A stretch of DNA of 64,000 nt from an uncultured Methanosarcinaceae archaeon. GTDB lineage: Archaea; Halobacteriota; Methanosarcinia; Methanosarcinales; Methanosarcinaceae. Positions 34,099 through 41,858 of the stretch are shown here, piece after piece; position 1 is the stretch's first letter; each line of letters begins with the position of its first letter. The translations under genes were made by a program, and so were the position numbers. The stretch covers positions 864,001 to 928,000 of the forward strand of contig CAWJYV010000007.1 in the NCBI GenBank assembly GCA_963847185.1, read 5' to 3'. Under the pieces are notes generated by a model. It searched no databases. It was not told where the DNA came from and was given only the letters and a program-made list of their open reading frames with translations.

Positions 34099-34493
34099 AT
34101 GAAAATCAAATTGCGTGCTGCCACCCCACCCTAAACAGGTTGTTCGACAATTACTGTTAGTAATAAAAAGTGCTGAAAAGAAGCAAATAAGGCCCTTAAA
34201 TCAAAAAAGAAGGAATTCTTTTATTAATTCAGGTAATTGTCGGACAGCCTCTAAAGGATGGGGTATGCTTCGGGCCGCTCGCACGGTTACTCGGAAAAAA
34301 GTCACAGTGTCCTTTAACATGGTTTCATTGATCTAAGTGATTAAAACTCTACCACCGAGAATCTGTCCGATTTCCGATCACTTTCCAAAGAAGAGACGAT
34401 TAAGAATGTAAAGGGAAAAACGAAGAGGCGAGGGTTCACTTCATTCCCAATCTAAAGAATTGGGTATTCGTGACCCTCGGCGCTCCCAATATA
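34099..34493 (-). mobile_element. Non-autonomous IS200/IS605-like remnant (two subterminal hairpins, no ORF), interrupted by a MITE
   Basis: Hairpins CCCCACCC-TAAA-GGATGGGG (after removing the insert) and CCCAATC-TAAA-GAATTGGG; minus-strand ends TTTAT| and TTCAT|; boundaries inferred. Confidence 0.55.
34136..34251. mobile_element. 116-bp MITE with 19-bp imperfect TIRs and TAAA target duplication
   Basis: CAGGTTGTTCGACAATTAC ... GTAATTGTCGGACAGCCTC; TAAA at 34132-34135 and 34252-34255. Confidence 0.8.
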
Positions 34494-34695
34494 ATAAACT
34501 TTTTAGAATAAATATAGTCTCTTTAATATTTACTTCCATGACTAAATACTTGTATATTAATGCTAACTAGAAGCAACGAAGAAATTAAGAAAGAACTGCC
34601 TCATTTCTCTCTTTCTAGAGTCTTCTGTAATATTAGTAGCTCTCAAAAAATTATTTCTGATATAATTTGTAAAGGGCGCTCTGTATATCAATTCT

Positions 34696-36252
34696 TTAAA
34701 GTCTTCCTGTCAAAGTAAGATATATCATATGATAAGCTCCACCTAGCAAATGCAAAAAAATAATTGTCAAGGAAGTATATTTAAACAGTTTATTTTTCAT
34801 TTTTGATACAATTAACACAATAAAAGGCATCATGGAACAACTTATAAGAGCAACTCCCCAACGATAGTTTCCATCAGTCATACGGTTGCCAGTTTCTATG
34901 ACGAAAAGGGAAAAAAATAAAGCGATAACTAGAGCGGGTGCTATATATCGATAAATAAACACTTTATTCTTGATACCTATATTGGTTGAAAACAAACCCC
35001 AAATTAACGGTAGCATTAAACCTATTAATGAAACGACTATTATTAGCCCTAATGTTAAAGCTCTACTATCCATAAATAGCGGATGATATTTTTCATAAGA
35101 ATATAAGCTTAAAAATCCGGGTGAACTAATTGCGTAAGTCAATTTCGTATTATACTTGTCATACCCAAAAACTAAATTGTAAACGAATGTTGTGATTATT
35201 GGTGAAAGCAAAATAAACAAATCTATGACATTCCTATAAGTAATCTTTCTCTTCGAGACAATAGCTAGGGTTATCACTAAGGTCATGATCGGTGCCAATG
35301 CTACGTATCCAAGTGGTTTCAGAAAGTATGAGATAGATAGAAATATTAAAGATAATGTTAAATAATTATTACCAACCGCGTTATTGTTATTACTATTTGT
35401 ATAATAGAGATATAAAAAATATATTGAAAGCATGACTGTCGGAATGGCAAATAATTGGGTATCGCTGTGGTAGAACGTTGTTGAAAGATTAATAAATCCT
35501 ATATACCTATTTTCTAATGGTAAGCTAATCACCCCAAAAAGGGCAACCATGATAGACGACAATAGACTGAGAGTTGAGTTCAAACCTAACATTTCTTTGG
35601 AGAAAATATAAGGTAGGTAAACAATAGATATCATCATAAGGAGTCCGAAGAATAGCGAAGAGTAGATGATGTTATTTATTTTTAAAGGCATTGCGACTGT
35701 AGGAGCTAACAGAGCACATTGCATTCCAATATTACTGAGGCTTCCTATCGGAAAACCTCCTGCGTCCACTAATCTCTCTATAAAATTGTCCAAGTGAACA
35801 GATTTATCCCCCACATTACCATAATTAACGAAGCCATTATAATTAAATACTATAAATAATGAAAAAATAAATCCAAATAAGATCATCGTCACATCAATAA
35901 TATTTATTTTTGAAACAATGTTTTTAATAGCTCTAGTTTTCATCAAATATATTACTGAAGTTGTGGATAAAGTGCCGAAAAAGATTATGGGCAGACAATT
36001 GCCTTTGAGATCACTTCTCAAATTATTATTGAAAATTGAAAGATTAGAAACAAAATATATCATTCCCATCAAATAAAAACCTAATATAAATATAGTTATT
36101 AGATACAATCTATCTGGAAGATTTTGTTTAACATTTTTTAATGTATGTGTTAAAAGTATATCACCTAATCCATAGATAATAAAACAATAAATAATGAATA
36201 TTAGTAAAAAAATTCCCAAATTACTATACATGAGTGACAAGTCTCCTAACAA
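34696..36252 (-). CDS. AT-rich polytopic membrane protein, possibly GT-C-fold glycosyltransferase
   Basis: Many hydrophobic segments, an early acidic loop 'GDKSVHLDNF', late 'GNYRWG'; composition clearly more AT-rich than core genes. Confidence 0.6.
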   Translation of the reverse strand: MLGDLSLMYSNLGIFLLIFIIYCFIIYGLGDILLTHTLKNVKQNLPDRLYLITIFILGFYLMGMIYFVSNLSIFNNNLRSDLKGNCLPIIFFGTLSTTSVIYLMKTRAIKNIVSKINIIDVTMILFGFIFSLFIVFNYNGFVNYGNVGDKSVHLDNFIERLVDAGGFPIGSLSNIGMQCALLAPTVAMPLKINNIIYSSLFFGLLMMISIVYLPYIFSKEMLGLNSTLSLLSSIMVALFGVISLPLENRYIGFINLSTTFYHSDTQLFAIPTVMLSIYFLYLYYTNSNNNNAVGNNYLTLSLIFLSISYFLKPLGYVALAPIMTLVITLAIVSKRKITYRNVIDLFILLSPIITTFVYNLVFGYDKYNTKLTYAISSPGFLSLYSYEKYHPLFMDSRALTLGLIIVVSLIGLMLPLIWGLFSTNIGIKNKVFIYRYIAPALVIALFFSLFVIETGNRMTDGNYRWGVALISCSMMPFIVLIVSKMKNKLFKYTSLTIIFLHLLGGAYHMIYLTLTGRL

Positions 36253-36832
36253 GTAAACACTTAAAATTTACTAATTTTATTTGACATATGCTGACATTGA
36301 CATATTCTGATAATTTGAATCAACAGAATACAGAATATCTTCTCTATTTTTTAATCCCTAATTTTTTTCCTATCTTTCTTCAGATGTGATCTACATAAAA
36401 CGATTTAGATTCCTCTTTTCTCTTATCGCAATATAAAGTTCATGCTGTGTTTCTTATCTCTTCACTAATAGTGTGTGACTTCTCTTTTATCTATAGAATT
36501 TTACTCAGTGTCTACACTGCATTTATACGTACAAAATGTCGCAACAGCATATAAAACTTTATCCTGTTTCAAGGAGAAAATAAAGAAATGAAAAGGGTAG
36601 AAAATAAAAAGTTTTAAGCCTCAAATTTAATTTTGTAGTTTATTACGCAATAAAAAGCTGCCGAAACTCCTCCGAAACTCCTAATACTACCCCAATCCAG
36701 AGGATGAAATGTCACTATGCAGAGAACACCCTTTATCACCTTTTTCACTTGTGCGAGCTCTGCGTAATAAATTTTAAATAGTTGTTAGGACATTAACACA
36801 TAACGCTTTAAGTGCCTGGAATTTCATAGAAT

Positions 36833-36890
36833 AGGTGGCAGGACTCGTCAACCTGCCACCTCATCTGCCCTCTTTTATTATTTTTTTATT
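36833..36890 (+). terminator. Perfect 10-bp hairpin followed by T-tracts
   Basis: AGGTGGCAGG-N9-CCTGCCACCT then TCTTTTTATTATTTTTTT; no obvious upstream + strand gene. Confidence 0.4.
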
Positions 36891-37108
36891 AGTGACTTTT
36901 TTAGGTTTCAAACTGCTTTTTATCGTTGTAATGAATTGTATCTAAAATAAGGAATGGACTATTCAATGAGGACTTGTTACCTACATAAATTATTTAAATC
37001 AAATATCTTAAATAATTTCAAATTAGTAATTAGCTATACAATATATCATCTGTTTAGACTTATTAGGATTTATTGTAATTAACTTTACACAGTTAGAATA
37101 AACGTTTT

Positions 37109-37399
37109 TTATACTACCACTAGTGGAGAATTTAGGGCAGTACCTTCCATAAGCATGCAGGAACTAAGGTGTACAACATCCAGACCATGCTTTTTGAGAG
37201 CATTTACAAGACGGTAAACTCTCCTGCCTGAACAGCCTCCACACGTGAAAAAGGCAATCGTCTCTGCGTCTTCACCGTAGGATTCAAAATGTGACTTTTT
37301 TTCGTTAAAAGCTTTAAAGCAGCCTACTCAGGGGCAGGCTTCCGAAACGACGTCACAGCAGACGACTGCTATCTTTGTGGGACTCTTTGTTTTTTCCAT
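37109..37399 (-). pseudogene. CGGC-domain protein pseudogene (internal stop, 3' truncated)
   Basis: Translation MEKTKSPTKIAVVCCDVVSEACP*VGCFKAFN...FFTCGGCSGRRV...VHLSSCM; TGA at 37330-37328 where Gly is expected; C-terminal CP..GTH part missing; not in ORF track. Confidence 0.85.
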
Positions 37400-37427
37400 T
37401 CATTTATCACACAACTATTGCTGGTTT

Positions 37428-37766
37428 TTACAGCAGGCGCGTAGATTCGGTCTGCCTTGGTGCTTTTATAACCAGCACCCTGAAGATACCATCTCCTGTA
37501 TTTAAAAGGCGGTGGGGAACTTTTGCAGGACTTTCAATTAACATATCCCTGCTGACTTCCTGCTGTTCGTCGCCAATTTCAACAATGCCTTTTCCTTCAA
37601 GTGTGTAGAAAAAGACATCTGTTGGGGTAATATGCTTTTTCAAAGCTTCCCCTGGCTTTAGTTCTATGTGTACCGCCTGGGCGTGTTCAGTATCATAGAG
37701 CATTCGGACGCTCACGTTGTGAGGGTTCGGCTTCTCAGGCGAAGATTTCATCTCAATAACTTTCAT
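37428..37766 (-). CDS. Cupin domain protein
   Basis: 'LKPGEALKKHITP..FFYTLEGKG', 'ESPAKVPHRLLN'. Confidence 0.9.
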   Translation of the reverse strand: MKVIEMKSSPEKPNPHNVSVRMLYDTEHAQAVHIELKPGEALKKHITPTDVFFYTLEGKGIVEIGDEQQEVSRDMLIESPAKVPHRLLNTGDGIFRVLVIKAPRQTESTRLL

Positions 37767-37971
37767 ATCCTTCTCCTCTTTTAACAGTATTTTCTTTTGG
37801 CATTAATTTCTGTGCTTTTCAGCATTTTCCGGTATTTTGTAGATTAATTTTAATGCGTTTTAAAAAATATTATTTAACCTTTGAAACCTCATTTTTACCT
37901 GAAGAGTTTAAGAAGGAAAGATTCTTTCAAATATAGAGGTCGTAGAGTTCAGTGATGCAAAAGCTGCAGTT

Positions 37972-38631
37972 TTACAGCCCTACCTGAGTTTTGAAATTCT
38001 CAAAGCCCATATCTTCAACAAATTTTCCGAGTCTTTTTTTCGTGCCTGAGCTTTTGTAGTAATTAAGGATTATCTCAACTGCTTCGAGAACTTCCTCTTC
38101 AGATAACTCCTTTGCAACAACTTCAGCAAGTCTTGGTGTTGCAGCCGCAGAGCCTCCCACCATCAGGGTGTATCCTTTAGCTGTACCCATTATTCCTATA
38201 TCTTTAATTGCAGGTTCCGCGCATGAATTGGGACAGCCAGCTACACCTATTTTTAGCTTGGAAGGCATGGGCATTCCATGATATTTCTCATCCAGTTTCA
38301 GGCCCAATCCCAGAGAGTCCTGCTTTGCCTGCTTACAGAAAGTTGTTCCAGGGCAGAATTTCACACTCCTTACGCAAAGCCCTATGGCCGCTCCGGGTTT
38401 TATGCCAAGCTCGGCCCACACATTATCAAGATCTTCTTCTTTCAGGCCAACAATTGCAATCCTCTGAGCGGAAGTCATCTTGAGGGCAGCCGCCCCATAT
38501 TTTTTTGCAACTTCCGCGATTTTAATGAGGGTTGCAGGGTCTACAATTCCTCCGGGAAGGTGGGGGGCGATTGCATAGGTTTCATAGTCTCTCTGAACAA
38601 TTGCACCTTTTTGCGGCAAGTTCCCTTTCAT
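37972..38631 (-). CDS. Small nitrite/sulfite reductase-like protein (siroheme/[4Fe-4S] half domain, Dsr-LP-like)
   Basis: 'KGAIVQRD', 'TSAQRI', 'VRSVKFCPGTTFC', 'KLKIGVAGCPNSCAE..KDIG'. Confidence 0.88.
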   Translation of the reverse strand: MKGNLPQKGAIVQRDYETYAIAPHLPGGIVDPATLIKIAEVAKKYGAAALKMTSAQRIAIVGLKEEDLDNVWAELGIKPGAAIGLCVRSVKFCPGTTFCKQAKQDSLGLGLKLDEKYHGMPMPSKLKIGVAGCPNSCAEPAIKDIGIMGTAKGYTLMVGGSAAATPRLAEVVAKELSEEEVLEAVEIILNYYKSSGTKKRLGKFVEDMGFENFKTQVGL

Positions 38632-38733
38632 GTTTGATCCTTATCTCCAACTTTTTGCGTTCGGAATTTACTTAATTGAATTAAACATTAGAAGTTTTTA
38701 CTACCTTAGAGTATTCATTTTTATAAATTGTAA

Positions 38734-38787
38734 TTATATATAAGTATCATTTTGATACCAGTATATTAGAGATACTAATTTATATAA
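38734..38787. promoter_or_regulatory. Divergent TATA boxes flanking two GTAT-N7-ATAC palindromes (probable HxlR operators)
   Basis: TTATATATAA 38734-38743; GTATCATTTTGATAC 38744-38758; GTATATTAGAGATAC 38761-38775; TTTATATAA 38779-38787. Confidence 0.7.
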
Positions 38788-38810
38788 CAGTCAGTTTCTA
38801 TGTTTATACC

Positions 38811-39167
38811 ATGAAAGACTGCACAGTTTACAAGACTATGAATATCATAGGGAAAAGGTGGACAATCCATATTCTCCTGGAACTGCACAAAGGAGAGAAG
38901 AAGGAAAAACGCTTTAACGAGTTGAAAAGAAAGCTTGGATATATTACTCCCAAAATTCTCTCCGAAAGGCTGACAGAACTGGAAAATGAAGGCTTGATTG
39001 CAAAGAAGGTTGACGACTCAACAACTCCACCCAAATCCGAATATTATCTTACTGAAAGTGGAGTAGATTTTGTAAAAATTATACAGGCAATCAAACGCTG
39101 GGGACTGAAGTGGAAGTTTCAGAATGAAGAATGTGAGAAAGCTATCTGCATGTATTGTGACCATTGA
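38811..39167 (+). CDS. HxlR/DUF24-family winged-helix regulator with N-terminal Cys and C-terminal Cys cluster
   Basis: 'DCTVYKTMNIIGKRWTIHIL', 'RFNELKR..ITPKILSERLTELE', 'PPKSEYYLTESG', tail 'CEKAICMYCDH'. Confidence 0.92.
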   Translation: MKDCTVYKTMNIIGKRWTIHILLELHKGEKKEKRFNELKRKLGYITPKILSERLTELENEGLIAKKVDDSTTPPKSEYYLTESGVDFVKIIQAIKRWGLKWKFQNEECEKAICMYCDH

Positions 39168-39224
39168 GATTTGTTTTTCTAGTTTTCATCATATGGTCCT
39201 CCTTTCTCTTCTTTAATAGATTAC

Positions 39225-39273
39225 TGTGAACTACCCCTCCCTGCTTTCTGACGAAAGCGAGGAAGGGATCTTC
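39225..39273. mobile_element. Solitary IS200/IS605-type end hairpin
   Basis: TGTGAACTACCCCTCCCT-GCTTTC-TGAC-GAAAGC-GAGGAAGGGATCTT resembles GT(C/G)AACTACCCC...GGGGCTT ends. Confidence 0.45.
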
Positions 39274-39420
39274 CCGCCTTAAAGTTAAATTCATAACATA
39301 TTTTTTTCTTCTCTCGCCTTAGAGTACTTTATCTTAGAATTTATTCTTAGAAAAATTATTTCAAAAAGGATATAGTTTTTTTTAAGGTTTTATAATTAGC
39401 TAAAATCTTTCACATGCATT

Positions 39421-40098
39421 TTGGGAAACATTATGGCATTTTTCGGTTCCAGTCTCAATCTATGGTTCTTTCCAGTGAATAGAAGTACCGAAAAAACAGG
39501 GATTCGGGATGGAGGGAAAACCCTTCTTGATTTTGGATGCGGGGCAGGGGAACTTCTAATATACTATATACCAGATTATGAGAAAGTGATAGGAGCTGAT
39601 TTTTCCAGTTCTATGCTTACTGAGGCGGAGAAGAAAATCCGGAGTAAAGGATACACTAATGCAGAATTAATTCTTGCAGACGATAACTCAGTCTGGGATA
39701 AATTAAGTTTCTCTTTTGATCTAATTACAGCAACTACAGTAGTTCAGTACCTGACATTCGAGCAGATGGATTCTTTTGTTTATAATGCTTCTGAATATCT
39801 CAATCCTGAAGGGAAAATAATCTTTTTTGATATAATTGATCCTAAGCTTTACTCTTTATGGAAATTCAGCTGGTTCTCACAGAATTTCAGTTTATGGAAA
39901 ATTTTACCTAAAGTTGGGTTGAACTTCTTCAGACAGGTATCGAGTATTTTGAAAAACCATCCGGGAGATATAATTGGAAGTGCTCACAGCCCTTACATGT
40001 TTGAAAAGATTGCCAAAAAGTATGGTTTCGAAATGGAATATGTAAAATCTATGTACTATGAGTACAGGTATCACGCAATATTGTCAAAGATATCATGA
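39421..40098 (+). CDS. Class I SAM-dependent methyltransferase, N-terminus atypical (possibly 5' truncated)
   Basis: 'GGKTLLDFGCGAG', 'GADFSSSML', 'FDLI..VVQYL'; no convincing RBS/start. Confidence 0.7.
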   Translation: MGNIMAFFGSSLNLWFFPVNRSTEKTGIRDGGKTLLDFGCGAGELLIYYIPDYEKVIGADFSSSMLTEAEKKIRSKGYTNAELILADDNSVWDKLSFSFDLITATTVVQYLTFEQMDSFVYNASEYLNPEGKIIFFDIIDPKLYSLWKFSWFSQNFSLWKILPKVGLNFFRQVSSILKNHPGDIIGSAHSPYMFEKIAKKYGFEMEYVKSMYYEYRYHAILSKIS

Positions 40099-40482
40099 GA
40101 AACTTAAATTTATTCCATTTGGATAAGGTTGACGAATTTTATGCACAACTTTGAATACCATGTACAGTGATTTTCTAAGAAAATTATCTTAGATGTTGCG
40201 TAAAAAATAGCATTTTTTGACTTTTCGTTCTTAACCGAATCCAAATGAAATCTATTCCTTGTGAATGCGCTGCCGAGTATTTTAATTAAGTGAAAACTGG
40301 CTGTCTCTTTATTTACAATTTTTCAGGTGGATGCAAAAGATATAAATATATTTCATTGCTTTTTGTTAGAAATCTTACCATAAGTAATCGAACAAATTTT
40401 GATTAAGTCATTCGCGAAAACCATTTTGCGCTGACTTCACTTCTTATCTGTATTAATTAAGCAAAAACCGGAGGGATATTCA

Positions 40483-41721
40483 ATTAGAAACATAACCTAT
40501 CTGAAACTGGCCCTTAACATGCTCATGCACAGCAAGCTCCGGAGCTGGCTTACCATTATCGGAATCGTCATAGGGGTTGGTTCAGTGGTTGGAATTATCT
40601 CTCTTGGAGATGCCATGGAAGCAAGTGTGCAAAGCAGACTTGCCGATATGGATCTGACAATAATAACCATAACGCCTGGATACTCAAAAGCTCAGTCACA
40701 TATGCCCGGGCACGGGGATGGCAATTTGGGAGGAGGTTCAACTACTGATGCCGAACTGACAGATTATGATGTAGATGCTCTTCGGGGTATAGAAGATATA
40801 GTTTATGCTATCGGTGAGATTTCCGGCGGAGAAGAAGTGAGCTATACCGGAGAAACTGCAACCCTTCCCATTAATGGAGTGGACCCCCAGGTCTGGAAGT
40901 ATATGACCTCTCTTGAAGTAGAAGCCGGAAGGATGCTCGAACCGGCAGATAAGAATGTTGCAGTTATTGGAAATGACGTTGCCAGTGATATTTATGAAAA
41001 AAACATTGGAGTTAACCAGGTTATAACGGTAAACGGCAAGTCCGTAAGAGTCGTCGGAATCCTAAAAGAAGAAGGCGGAAGCGGAGACCGGCAAATATAC
41101 ATGCCGATAGATTCCGCAGTGAACGTGATTACAGATGCGGAAAAAGATGTCTTTGATTCCATCAGCGTAAAGGCTCAAAGTGTAGATGCAGTGGATACAG
41201 TTGTTACACAGATTGAAAAGAAGCTCATGATTTCCAGGCATATTGTCAGTGAAGACGATAGGGACTTTTCAGTAACTGCTTTAAAGTCCATGGCTCAGTC
41301 CGTTACAAGTATGATTTCCTCGATGACTCTCTTTTTGGGAGCTATTGCGGCTGTATCATTGATTGTGGGTGCTGTGGGAATTGCAAACACAATGTTTACC
41401 TCTGTTCTTGAAAAAACAAAGGAAATAGGGACTATGAAAGCCATAGGGGCTAAAAATCGAGATATTCTTATGATTTTCGTAGTCAATTCTGCAATGGTAG
41501 GCTTTGTTGGTGGTATATTCGGAGTTTTATTAGGTTCACTTGTTTCAGCTGTTTTTCCAATGATTGGCATAACTATTACAAGAGGAGGGAGCGAAACAAG
41601 CAAGTCTCTTTCCCCCAGTCTGATGCTTTTTGGCCTCTCTCTCGCGATCCTGATTGGGGTTATCTCTGGAGCTGTACCTGCCTACAGGGCATCTAAAATG
41701 AAACCTGTGAATGCTTTGTGA
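40483..41721 (+). CDS. ABC transporter permease, MacB/FtsX family (orphan; possibly decaying)
   Basis: 'RSWLTIIGIVIGV', 'SLIVGAVGIANTMFTSVLEKTKEIGTMKAIGA', 'PAYRASKMKPVNAL'; GGAGGG RBS points to ATT 40483; TG duplication removes terminal RYE. Confidence 0.85.
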   Translation: MRNITYLKLALNMLMHSKLRSWLTIIGIVIGVGSVVGIISLGDAMEASVQSRLADMDLTIITITPGYSKAQSHMPGHGDGNLGGGSTTDAELTDYDVDALRGIEDIVYAIGEISGGEEVSYTGETATLPINGVDPQVWKYMTSLEVEAGRMLEPADKNVAVIGNDVASDIYEKNIGVNQVITVNGKSVRVVGILKEEGGSGDRQIYMPIDSAVNVITDAEKDVFDSISVKAQSVDAVDTVVTQIEKKLMISRHIVSEDDRDFSVTALKSMAQSVTSMISSMTLFLGAIAAVSLIVGAVGIANTMFTSVLEKTKEIGTMKAIGAKNRDILMIFVVNSAMVGFVGGIFGVLLGSLVSAVFPMIGITITRGGSETSKSLSPSLMLFGLSLAILIGVISGAVPAYRASKMKPVNAL

Positions 41722-41858
41722 GGTATGAGTAATATGTCTGTGATAAGTTTACAGGAGAGCGGATTGTAACCTGAGACTTAAAAGAACGGTAATGCAGAAG
41801 AAAATGAAAAATTAGAACAATTTGCTTTAAAGACGACTCATTAAGGAAGATGTGATAA

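Noticed and set aside
34115-34336. 73-aa ORF as a transposase fragment
   Set aside because: Runs across the MITE and host hairpin; no transposase motifs
37328-37330. In-frame TGA in the Cys-rich CGGC gene as selenocysteine
   Set aside because: It aligns with Gly (GGA>TGA) not Cys, the gene is also 3' truncated, and Methanosarcina are not known to use Sec
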